NCBI RefSeq assembly: GCF_006345805.1
Contig: NC_043013.1
Coordinates: 27,838,001-27,902,000, forward strand
Origin: Octopus sinensis
Lineage: Eukaryota
Reading direction: 5' to 3'
Length of the DNA: 64,000 bases
The notes beneath the pieces are model-generated. The model searched no databases. It was given only the letters and a program-made list of their open reading frames with translations, and had not been told where the DNA came from. Each line of letters opens with the position of its first letter. Position 1 is the first letter of the stretch. The translations under genes and the position numbers were made by a program. This document shows positions 36,750 to 48,345 of the stretch, one piece after another.

Positions 36750-37852
36750 CTGAAAATATAACATGATAAATTAATTAATAAAGACATTACTTAACTAATT
36801 AATCAAAGGATTAGTAAACGAATAATTAATTATTTCTGCTGTAGGCCTGAGGCCTGAAATTTTGGGGTAGAGGACTTGTTGATAACATCACCCTGTGCTC
36901 AATTGAGACTGGTTTTTATTGACTCCCAAGAGGATGAAAGGCGAAATTGCCCTTGGTGGAATTTGAACTAAGAACATAAAAGACAAATGAAATGCCATTA
37001 TGTATTTTGTCCTGAGTGCTAATGGTTCTGCTAACTCACTGTCCTGAGTAAAATAAATAATTAATATAAAAAATCACCACCATCATCATCATCATCATCA
37101 TTTAATATCGATTTTCCATGCTGGTACGGATAGTTTGACCAGAGCTGGCAAACTGGAGAACTGCACCAGGCTCCAGTTGTCTGTTTTTGCATAGTTTCAA
37201 CGGCTGGATGCCTTTCCTAACATGAACCATTTTACAGAGTGTACTGGGTGCTTTTAATGTAGCATCAACATGGACCCTTTTACATGGTGCTGGCACAAGC
37301 GCTATTACAAGGCACCAGCACAGGTGCCTTTTATGTGACACTGGCACAGGGCTCTTGCAGGATAATCCTCTTTAGCAGAGGGAGCGACATTAACACCTCT
37401 GCTGTGGAGGATGGGTCTAAGATATATTTCTTTACTACCCACAAAGGGCTAAACACAGAGGGGACAAACAAAGACAGACAAACGGATTAAGTAGATTACA
37501 TCGACCCCAGTACTTAATTTATTGACCCCGAAAGGATGAAAGGCAAAGTCGACCTCGGCGGAATTTGAACCCAGAACGTAACTGCAGACAAAATACGGCT
37601 ACGCATTTCACCCTGCATGCTTACGTTTCTGCCAGAAGATAAAAGCTATAGACATAATGTAGTAATCAGTAACAAGAATAACATGGCGCTAACATATCAT
37701 ACTGACCAGTAACAGAAATTACCAAAGTTGTATTGACTCATAGCAGTAATATATCACACAACTGTATCACAATGATCAATAACACTGACCACATATTATT
37801 ATTTACATTATTTACATTTGACAGATATTTGTCCTCATCTTGTTTCTTGTTA

Positions 37853-37896
37853 ACACAACGTTTCAGCTGATATACCCTCAAGCCTTCATCAGGTGT
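37853..37896 (-). ncRNA. Putative minimal type-I hammerhead ribozyme (left arm of the inverted dimer)
   Basis: Minus strand reads ACAC CTGATGA A GGCTTGAGGGTATATCAGCT GAAAC GT T GTGT. Stem I is ACAC/GTGT, the core is CUGAUGA..GAAA, stem II is GGCU/AGCU, and helix III is reduced to the palindrome ACGU with a GUU triplet. There is one extra nucleotide after A9. Activity is untested. Confidence 0.6.
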
Positions 37897-38180
37897 CTTG
37901 GGGAAATTTCAAACCTGGGTTCTCATTCCTAAGGTATTTTTCAATGTTATTATTATTATTAGTATTCAGGTCACTACCTGGAATCGAACTTGGAATCTTG
38001 GGGTTAGTAGCCTGCGCTCTTAACCACTACGCCATATGCCCATGGGCATAGTGGTTAAGAGCGCAGACTACAACCCCAAGATTCCAAGTTCGATTCCAGG
38101 CAGTGACCTGAATACTACTAATAATAATAACATTGAAAAATACCTTAGGAATGAGAACCCAGGTTTGAAATTTCCCCAAG

Positions 38181-38224
38181 ACACCTGATGGAGGCTTGAG
38201 GGTATATCAGCCGAAACGTTGTGT
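38181..38224 (+). ncRNA. Hammerhead-like motif with a variant core (CTGATGG) in the right arm of the inverted dimer
   Basis: ACAC CTGATGG A GGCTTGAGGGTATATCAGCC GAAAC GT T GTGT. Same fold as the left arm but with G at core position 9, so it may be inactive. Confidence 0.5.
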
Positions 38225-41030
38225 TAATAAACAAATATCCGACAAATGTAAATAATGTACATAATTCCTCATCTCTTAAATACAGAACTGTATTGACCAC
38301 ATAGCTATATCACATTTGCCAATAATAGCGTAACCATAGCAACAATAATAATCATGTAGCTATACTAAACTGACCAATAACATTGAGCCACATGCTATAT
38401 CACATTAGTCAATAACATGCATGAAGATGGTTAATGGCTTTTGTGATTGGTAAATAACCCTTTCTACTAAAGGCACAAGGCCTGAAATCTCGGGGGAGGG
38501 ACTAAGTCGATTTCATTGACCCCAGTGTTTCACTGGTACTTAATTTATTGACCCTGAAAGAATGAAAGGCAAAGTCAACCTCGGTGGAATTTGAACTCAG
38601 AATGTGAAGATGGAGGAAATGCTGTTAAGCATTTTCCCCAGCATGCTAATGATTCTGCCAGCTTCTTTCCAACTAATGCTTGTGACTATACACTGCCGAG
38701 GCAGAAACAGTTGATTATATGAACCCAAGTATTTGACTGGTACTTATTTTATGAACTCTAGAAAGATAGAGAACAAAGTTAACCGTGACAATAAAAGCAT
38801 CTATGTACAGTAAACTCCCTTTTACCTGAAATTCAATTACACAGAATTCTCAAGCAACTAGCACCGAGAAAAGAAATATATAAGAAAATGTGCTGCTAAT
38901 TAGAGTTAAGAGAAATTGTTTTAATTAATTAATAGTCATTTTAAAAAAACGGTAATTTCTACAGTATTTAAATTGGATTGGTGCTTCTCGAAGTACAGCA
39001 TTCTACTTTACTGCATTTCGTTAGGTAAATAAAACTTGCTCTTTACTTAAATCAGGAATTTTTTTTTATTTTGAGAAGTGGGCCACATGAGACATGGCTC
39101 TTTATCAGCTGGGACACACAACAAAAAAAAATTGAAAGTAATTTTTTGTTAGGTTTGCCACTCAGAAAGTCCCACAAGCTGCAGTTTGACTTAAATTATA
39201 CTTTTATTTCTTCCTATTTCTTTCATTTCCATTATATTCAGAATATTAATAATAAAACTTATATATATATATGATGATTTTTTTGATTTTTTTTTGATTT
39301 TTCCAGTTTCAGCTTATGAGCTGTGGCCATGCTGGGGCACCGCCATTTGCTGGGGCACCGCCATATATATATATATATATATATAGGGAGAGAGAGAGAG
39401 AGAGAGTTTTAATGATTTTGGTAAGGAGCTATGGTAATTTAAAAACTGATGATCCAATATCCAAAATATTCAGTTATCCATCAATCCCTTTGACCCTACG
39501 GTGCTAAATTGGAGAAAATTTATTGCGTTTGGCTTAATGCATTACCAATTTTGCTAAACTACCACCCTAGGCAAAAATCATGATTTCTTTCATTGGTACA
39601 GGTTCACAAATTTATAAAGGTACAGGTGTGGTGTGTGGTAAGAGGTTAGCTTTCCAACCACATGGTTCTAAGTTCAGTCTTACTTCATAGCACCTTGGAC
39701 CAAATAAAGCCTTGTGAGTGAGTTTGGTAGATGGAAACTGAAAGAAGCCTGTTGAATATATATGTGTGTGTCTGTGTGTTTTACCATCTCTTTGCCTTCA
39801 CATTGTGTGATAGCTGTAAATGAGTGTCACCATCATGGAAGTGAGGTCTTTGAGTTCCAATCTTCAGTGAAGAACATGCTTGATCATGGGGAACTATAAC
39901 CTTGCTTGGAAACAGGTGGGAATTGGAAACAGAAAGGGCATCCAGTTGAAGAAAATTTGCCTCAATGAATTCCATCCAGCCCTTGTGAGCACAGAAAAGT
40001 GGACATTGAAATGATGATGATGATGGTGTTGAATATAACCAATTAGATCAACTACTATAGATTCCAGGTGCTTATTTTTATTAACCAATTACCACCAGAA
40101 GCAACTGAACACAGAATGAGGAAAAAGAAAGCTAAATAGTACAAGACATTTAGACATTGTATCTAACATTTCTGTAACTTTACTGTATTTCAATGGCCAT
40201 CAATAATAGTAACTACCATGCTATATTATACCATATTGAATACTAAACAGTAACAGCACTGACCAACTGAAGTAATTACAGAAATACCAGTAAACTACAT
40301 CTGACTGATCATCAATAATGTTCATTAAATTAGTTTAATGCAATGACAGAGAACTCTATATGGTCACAAAATTTTGCTAGAAATAGTAACCTAATTTCCC
40401 TCAAATCATACTTTATTGCAATGAACACATTGACCAATGTGGTCTTATAAACATCATATCTAAAATAGATAAATAAATAAATAAATAAAATATAGTGGTC
40501 ATTGGTGAAACATCCTTGATCACAGGTCTGTTCAGTCAGAGCTTGCCTAGGGTTTAAATAGTATCAACCAATAATAAATGAATAAATAAATAAATAGATA
40601 AATAGATAAATAATAATAATAATAATAATAATGATAGTTTCAAATTTTGCCACAAGGGCAGCAATTTTTGGGGGAAGGAATGAATCAATTGCATTGATCC
40701 CAATGTTCAACTGGTAGTTATTTCATCGACCCCCAAAAGGATGCAAAGCAAAGTTGACCTCGTCGGAATTTAAACTCAGGAGTAGCGACAAGCGAAATGC
40801 CACTAAACATTTCATCCAGCATGCTAATGATTCCGTCAGCTCACCACCTTAATATTAATAATAATAATAATAATAATCCTTTCTGTCATAGGCACAAGGC
40901 CCGAAATTTGGGGGAGGGGATTAATTGATTACATTGACCCCAAAATTTCACTGGTGAAAAGATAAGCTGACCTTGGCAGAATCTGAACTCAGAATGTAAA
41001 GACGGAACAAATACAACTAAATATTGTGTC

Positions 41031-41240
41031 CAGCACTGGCATTGGCCATGTTCGGATGGCGCTTTTTACGTGCCACCGGCACAGGAGCCAGTTGGAGTGT
41101 GGGGGCTGGCATCGTCCACATTTGGATGGTGCTTTTTACATGCCACCAACATGGGGAGCCAGTCAGGCAGCACTGGCAACAATCCACACATTATTGTGTG
41201 CCACCAGCATGGGAGCCAGTCAGGTGGAACTGGCATCAGC
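41031..41240. repeat. GC-rich degenerate minisatellite (about 55-65 bp unit, 3-4 copies) associated with SINE family E
   Basis: Recurrent CTGGCA..GGATGGTGCTTTTTAC.TGCCACC..GGAGCCAGT. The same motif occurs at about 48060-48170, 49190-49270 and 62790-62870. Confidence 0.7.
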
Positions 41241-41310
41241 CACAACTACAATTTCCATTTGATTGATTTGATTTGATTTTGATTCTGACTTACTTGACTC
41301 AATAGGTCTC

Positions 41311-41355
<45 letters not shown>

Positions 41356-41595
41356 CTTTTCTATTATAGGCACAAGGTCTGAAATATGGGGGAGGTTGAT
41401 AGTCACTTACATTGACCCCCCCCCCAGTGTATCACTGATACTAAATTTATCAACCCTGAAAGGATGAAAGGCAAATTTTACCTTGGCGGAATTTGAACTC
41501 AGAATGTGAAGACGGATGAAATGCCATAAAGCATTTGATAGGAGTGCTAACTAGTCAACTAACTCACTGCCTCAATAATAATAATAATAATAATG

Positions 41596-41632
<37 letters not shown>

Positions 41633-41739
41633 TAATAATAGCAAGCAATTCATTGTTAGTCGTAAGACTTGGCAAGCTAAATAGTGATAGCTAATATACA
41701 TATAAATATATGTATGTATGTACTTATGTATGTGTGTGC

Positions 41740-41789
<50 letters not shown>

Positions 41790-42755
41790 GCACAGCAGAA
41801 ATGATTGTGATGTACATAGAAAACTGAAGTGAGTTGTGCTATAAATGACAAGGTCAAAATGTATTAAAATTTTGCTAGTTGACAAGCATTGAATAGAATG
41901 AATGGTTGGAGAAATCATTAATATTAGCTGTCACAGGCTCTAATGTTACAACTGCTTCTATTTGAATGCGTGTATTAATGAACAGTCAGCAGTGTGTTGG
42001 CCGGAAATAGCCAAAGACCAGATCAATAGTTTTCTTCAGTCTAGCTACCATGGAGCAGTTTAGCTGTTGGCAGAAATTTACTACATTGGTTAAGAACGGT
42101 GAAGACATGAGAATTCAATTTGGGCGTGACAATTGGAAAAAATCCAGACTGAATTTTTTTTTTCCTGTTTTATTTTGCCTTGTTTTTTTTTTATTTTTGT
42201 TTTTTAAATTGAATGAAAAAAAAAGAAAAAAATTAAAGAGAATCCAAATAAAATGACAAAACACAAGAAGGGGAAAAGTAAAAAGCAAAAAAAAAACAAC
42301 ATCTAAAATAGTTGTAAAATATTCAAAATGCAAAGAAAAAAGATCTGGAAAGTTGACTTGGGAGAAAGCAGAAACCTTGTAGGAAAGGAAAAAAAAAAAA
42401 AGAATATTGGAACTAGGGAATTAAAGTTGAAAAGAGAAGAAAGGAAAGAAAGAATTTTAACCAAAACATAACAGACATTAAAATAACACTCCTGGAATCA
42501 TTATAGCAGCTAAATTTGAAGAATTCTAGAGAAAACAAGGCAGTGAAAGAGTATGGAATAGTATGTTTCATTTGTCTAACAATGTGTGCACATGGTGGTG
42601 GTGGTGGTGGTTGGTGTCTGAAGTGAAAACCAATTGACTGTGATGCTGAGAACATCAATACAGTTAACAGAGAATTAAGAAATGGTTAACTATGTGACAT
42701 GTTATTTAATCAAGCAGCTGGATTGTTATCGTTGTTGTTAGTATTATTATTATTA

Positions 42756-42795
<40 letters not shown>

Positions 42796-43027
42796 AAAAG
42801 TGAATCACAATCTCCACCCCCACCCCACAAAGCCTTCCGAGCCTCCTTCCATCCCTCCCTCTGTCACTCCTCAGTCAAAATATACTACATAAATAAATAA
42901 TGACTTAAAAACAAGTTAATGTCAAAATGGCCTCCGTGTAATTTCTGCCATGACACAGTCACTATGTTATGACACACTGACATTGGGTACGTGTGCATAC
43001 ATATACATACATTTATATATATATATG

Positions 43028-43112
<85 letters not shown>

Positions 43113-43223
43113 TGTGTTATGTGAATTTATGAAAAGGTATCCCATAAAACCCAACAAATTTTAAAATATACATATGTGTATATATATATATACATACATA
43201 CACACACATACATTTATACGTTG

Positions 43224-43602
43224 TGGCACTCTGTTGGTTACGATGACGAGGATTCCAGTTGATCTGATCAACAGAACAGCCGGCTTGTGAAATTAATGTA
43301 CAAGTGGCTGAGCACTCCACAGACACGTGTACCCTTAACGTAGTTCTCGGGGAGATTCAGTGCGACACAGAGTGTGACAAGGCTGGCCCTTTGAAATTCA
43401 GATACAACAGAAACAGGAAAAAAGGGTGAGAGAAAGTTGTGGTGAAAGAATACAGCAGGATTCATCACTACCCCCTGCCGGAGCCTCATGGAGCTTTAGG
43501 TGTTCTTGGTTAATAAACACTCACAACGCCCACCCTGGGAATTGAAACTATGATACTATGATTGTGAGTCCGCTACCCTAACTACTGGGCCATTGCGCCT
43601 CC
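43224..43602 (-). mobile_element. SINE family C copy
   Basis: Reverse complement of the 61100-61468 element (CATTGCGCCTCC head end; ACACGTGTACCCTTAACGTAGTTCTC body). Confidence 0.85.
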
Positions 43603-44192
43603 ACATTATACACACACACACACATATATATATACATAATACTTATTTTAATTTCTACATTCATTCTCCTATTTCCCTACATACTCCTTATTTGCTTTCT
43701 TTTCCAAAATAACTCCTTATATTGAACTCTACTATTTCCTTTTATTCAACCATTTCATCACAGCCTTGGCTTTGTTGTCTCATTTTATTTAACAAAGATT
43801 TATATATATATATGAATTAACATTTGTTTTCCTGTTCAGTTTTACTGAAAATACTTTTACGTCAATCTGAGGTATTACTTTAGTTTTGGCCAGTTAAGTC
43901 ATCATTTGACTGCAGTCTGACAATGGCTTAACTGGCCAAAACTTCAAAGTCACTATCAATGATATTCTTGCTTAAGAATACACATACACATCCATACATA
44001 TATGCGTACATACACATACATACAGTAGCTGATGTGTAACTGTTCTGACTTTATATAATGAACTATTTCCATCAACTGGAAATGTTTTTAACTGAGAATG
44101 ATCTTCCGTAATGGACGCATTTCCTATCATATATCACGCAAACCGGAAACATACATATTAAATGATTCTAAAATATCACTCTTTGGTTTGAC

Positions 44193-44261
<69 letters not shown>

Positions 44262-44394
44262 GTATGTAAAACATGTTTTTAATATTTCACTTAGGCATAG
44301 TGAGACTAATAACCTAGTGTAGAACTCAATATGTGTTTGTTTCAGAACAAAGTGTTGGCTGAGTATAGAACAGTAATAAGAAAAAAAAAATGAT

Positions 44395-44596
44395 AAAGGA
44401 ATAAATGATTATCCTATGAACTTCATTAGCTTACAGCTGTTTCTGCTACAAGGTGTAATGGGCTCAGAGTTGTTACTAAGTGCAGTGGTCTCTGCTACAA
44501 AGTGTAATGGGCTCATGAGTGCCTGAATAACACCTTTTCTTATAGTAGAAACACCTGCAAGTTAATGAAGTTCATAAGATAATCATTTATTCCTTT
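44395..44596. mobile_element. MITE-like element with 58-bp TIRs in the intron just after the PWWP exon
   Basis: Arms 44395-44452 and 44539-44596 show 6 mismatches in 58. There is an internal direct repeat TCTGCTACAA.GTGTAATGGGCTCA x2. No clear TSD. Confidence 0.8.
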
Positions 44597-44676
44597 GCCA
44601 TCTCATTTTCTCTTATATATATATATATATTTACATATATAAAGCATGGTCAGAAAAAAAAAACTGAGTGACTCAC

Positions 44677-44837
44677 CTTACCAGCTTCAGGTTTCTGATT
44701 TCCCTTCACCTCACTAATGTTAATGAGTTTACCAGGCCACGACGGAAAGCCTCTGATCTGACCCCATACCAAATCTCCAGTATTGAAAATTCTTGGATAT
44801 GTTGGCATCATAGGCTCTTCCATAGAATCCTCATCAT
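44677..44837 (-). CDS. MBD5: MBD5/6-like exon encoding the N-terminal half of the PWWP domain (161 nt, phase 1 to phase 0)
   Basis: Acceptor ctatcatttcttag|AT and donor AAG|gtgagt. Translation (D)DEDSMEEPMMPTYPRIFNTGDLVWGQIRGFPSWPGKLINISEVKGNQKPEAGK contains the PWWP signature GDLVWGQIRGFPSWPGKL. Not in the ORF track. Confidence 0.93.
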
Positions 44838-44881
44838 CTAAGAAATGATAGACGGAGTGACACTATTAGTTTTGTCATTTC

Positions 44882-44912
<31 letters not shown>

Positions 44913-44996
44913 CACATACACACACAGAGTAAGAAACAGACAAACAGAGAGGTATGGAGTTGATAGACAGAGTGACATTATCATTTTTATCATTTC

Positions 44997-45034
<38 letters not shown>

Positions 45035-47377
45035 AGAGAAAGACTGTATGTGTGTGAGAGAGAGAGAGAGAGGGAGAGAAAGAGGGGGGAGAGAGAGTGG
45101 GAGAGAAAGACTGTATGTGTGTGAGAGAGAGAGCGAGGGAGAGAAAGAGGGGGAGAGAGAGAGAGAAAGTCAGACAGAGAGGTAAGGAAATTAATGACAG
45201 ACTCTTAATTCTCCCAAAGAGATTTTGAGAGTTTTTGTTTAGTCTCAAGTTTTCAGTGAGCAAACTCATGATTAAAGCTGTTCTGGCCATGACCACCCTG
45301 TCTTTTGTTTACAGACACATTAATATCCAACATGTGCTTCCTCATCATTTTTTAAAGACAAGTATGGCTGTGTGGTTAAGAAGCTTGCTTCCCAACGATG
45401 TGGTCTTGGGTTCAGTCCCACTGCAAAGCACCTCGAGCAAATGTCTTCTACTATAGCTCTGGGCTGACCTGAGCCTAGTGAGCAGATTTGGTAAATGGAA
45501 ACTGAAAGAAGCCTGTCATGTGTGTGTGTGTGTGTGTGCGTGCGCATATGCATGCATTTGTCCTGCACTATATTTCTCAACAACTGGTGTTTGTATGTTT
45601 ATGTTCCTTAACTTAGTTTGTTTAGCAAAGAGACTCATAGACTAAGTACCAGGCTTTAAAATAATAAAATATGGGCAACTCATTTGACTAAAAATTCAAG
45701 GCAGTGCCCCAGTATGGACGCAGTCTAATGACTGAAACAAGTAAAAAATAAGAGATAATAGCTGTTTGTAAACAGAAAGTCCCCAGTCATCCAACCAATG
45801 TCATTTAATTGCAAAGTTTCACTGAGTTGTTTGAAGTACAAAGGAAATATTTTCTTAGTTGGAAAGAAGTTGGGGTTGGCAACAGAAATAGCATGTAGGT
45901 ATCAAGAAATCTGCTTTGACTAAGGTTCATCTGATCCATGCAAGCATTGAAAAGTAGGCATTAATACAATAAGTATCCAAGTGATTAAGTGTGTGTGTGT
46001 GTGGGGGGGGTGTTACTGTCTCCTGGTCTTGACATTGCATGGTCATTTCCTTTCTTAATTTTCCTTGAAAACATGTCTGGTCACAGGGAAATATCATCTT
46101 GCTTGGAAACAAATGGGGGTTGGTGACAAGAAGGGTCTCTCTAACCATAGAAAACCTGCATTAATGAATTCTGTTTGACTTGTGCAAGAATGGAAATGTG
46201 GACATCAACATGATGGTGATGATGATGAAGAGGAGGATATAATGCAGCATAAAAAAAAAACAGTGAAAAAAAAACCCAGAAATTAAAACAAAAATAGTAG
46301 GGTATTAGTTTAACATTGAGGAAAATACGATGAAAGTGCTTTTAACATTTTGGACACAAAGGAAATGAAAGAGAAGAAGGAAATATAGAAAAAGAAGAAT
46401 GATAAAGGAAAAAGGGGAAAGAATAGAAAAGGGAAAATGGATAGACAAAAGAAATCAAGAAGCGGAAAAGCCACAAGTTGCCAAAGTCAGAACCACCTTG
46501 GCGAGTGAGGTTAGTAGTTGAAGAGTGAAAAAAAGGGAGATAAATTGGGAGATATCAGTGTTAATAGAGTGCATGTATACAAGCAAGTATGATGTGTGTG
46601 TAATATCCTTTTTCTATTGCTTGTCTGTGTTCTCTTATTTTATGATGCGTTGGTGTGTGTGTCTGTGTGTATGCATTTATGAGTATGGTTGTGGCAGCTG
46701 CATCCAAATGTCTCATATATATGTGTGTGCATTTGCGTGTGTGTGTACGTGTTAGTGTACATGTGTGACATAGGTGGGAGCAGTTGTATCCATCGTTGAA
46801 GTGTTGCTGATGTTCAGGATTTAGTGATGGCTTCACCATACTGTTGTGTCTTTTGTCACACAACAGGGAGGCACTACATCTATAATCTTAGTGCAAAAAA
46901 TCACTCATAATGAGTGCAAGTCACTAGATCCACACACACACACACAGATAAATATATATATATTTATATATATATATATATATATGAAGGCGCATGGCTC
47001 AGTGGTTAGAGTATTGAACCTTCGATGCTCTAACCATGAGCAATAGTAGGAATGTCAATGTATAGTGAGAGAGGGCGGTCGAAGTGTGACACACTGACAC
47101 ACAGAAATTAGTTTACGCATTTATTATATTAAATATGACAGCCTTCTATCAAGTTATGTCTACCAAATCCACTGACAAGGGTTTGGTCAACCTGGAGCTT
47201 AGTAGAAGACACTTGTACCAGATGTTGAACCCAGAACCACATGATAAGGAAGCAAATTTCTCACCATACAACGACAACTGTACCTAATATAGAATATATG
47301 GATATATATATATGTTAATATTTAGCAGAAGTAACAGTGACTCAAGGTCCAAGATTTTCATGTTTTAGCACATACAT

Positions 47378-47412
<35 letters not shown>

Positions 47413-47684
47413 CACACACATCATCATCATCCAGTGTTTTAAATCCGTGTTTTGTCCCTGTTAACAGGGGTGGCCGGATCTACCTCAACGCCATAGCAAC
47501 CAAGGTAGGCAGGTGCAGCCCATCCCAACCTTTGGGCTGGCTGGCTGGCTGGTGCCCATTCTCCTTTGCTATCATGAAGCTTTTTAGGGGTTGGATTTTC
47601 TATGGAGAGCATGCCCTTGCTTACTCCCAACCTCAGTTTCTAAACATGAGTGGCCCTGAGACCCCTTTCAGAGCACCCTATCCT

Positions 47685-47745
<61 letters not shown>

Positions 47746-47944
47746 CATACATACATACATATGTGCACATGTGTATGTGAGTGTGTGTGTGTTATGAAAA
47801 AGGAGGTAGTCAGAACTTTTATAAAAATTATTTATTTATCATTTTCATCTTTTTTGAGAGATTCATCAAAAAAGTGCTAAATAAATAATTTTTATCCAAA
47901 ATTCTAACTACCACTTTTTTCTTAATATATACAAATTCGATGAC

Positions 47945-48345
47945 TGGCATCCATGCTAGTGGAGCACTAAGAGTACCATATGAGTGAGATCGTTGCCAGA
48001 GCAACAAGCTGGCCTCCATGCCGATAGCACATTAAAAACACCATTCAAGCATGATTGTTGCCGGCATTGCCTTACTGGCATTTGCACTGGCTCCTGTACA
48101 GGTGGCACATAAAAAGCACCATTTGAGCGTGGCTGTTGCCAGTACCACCTGACTGGCCCTTGTGCCGGTGACATGTAAGAACACCCACTACACTCTCGGA
48201 GTGGTTGGTGTTAGGAAGGGCATCCAGCTGTAGAAACTCTGCCAGATCAGATTGGAGTCTGGTGCAGCCATCTGGTTCACCAGTCCTCAATCAAATCATC
48301 CAACCCATGCTAGCGTGGAAAGCGGACGTTAAACGATGATGATGA
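47945..48345 (+). mobile_element. SINE family E with GTTAGGAAGGGCATCCAGC core and an RTE-like 3' end followed by (GAT)n
   Basis: ..GAGTGGTTGGTGTTAGGAAGGGCATCCAGCTGTAGAAAC..GCGGACGTTAAACGATGATGATGAT. Relatives lie at about 6355-6510, 13305-13500, 30560-30730, 37085-37350, 39870-40030, 46080-46230, 49020-49270, 59890-60130, 62610-62880 and 63880-64000. Confidence 0.7.

Larger units (their letters stand above)
37796..38293. mobile_element. Inverted-dimer retroelement: tRNA-derived Pol III head plus hammerhead-containing (Penelope-like) tail, with a 10-bp target-site duplication, in an MBD5 intron
   Basis: Arms 37804-38041 and 38044-38259 are inverted copies. The minus-strand head has A box TGGCGTAGTGG (38034-38024) and B box GTTCGATTC (37989-37981). 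Each arm contains ACAC-CTGATG(A/G)-A-GGCT..AGC(T/C)-GAAAC-GT-T-GTGT. The flanks repeat TGACCACATA (37786-37795 and 38294-38303). Confidence 0.75.

Noticed and set aside
37966-38110. tRNA genes at the centre of the inverted dimer (and at the heads of SINE C and D)
   Set aside because: A/B boxes and a D-arm are present, but the T and acceptor stems do not pair properly and each head runs into a repeat body. They are SINE heads, not functional tRNAs.
41031-41240. CRISPR-like repeat-spacer appearance of the GC-rich minisatellite and of the SINE arrays
   Set aside because: The units are degenerate and irregular in length, there are no cas genes, and the context is eukaryotic with spliceosomal introns.
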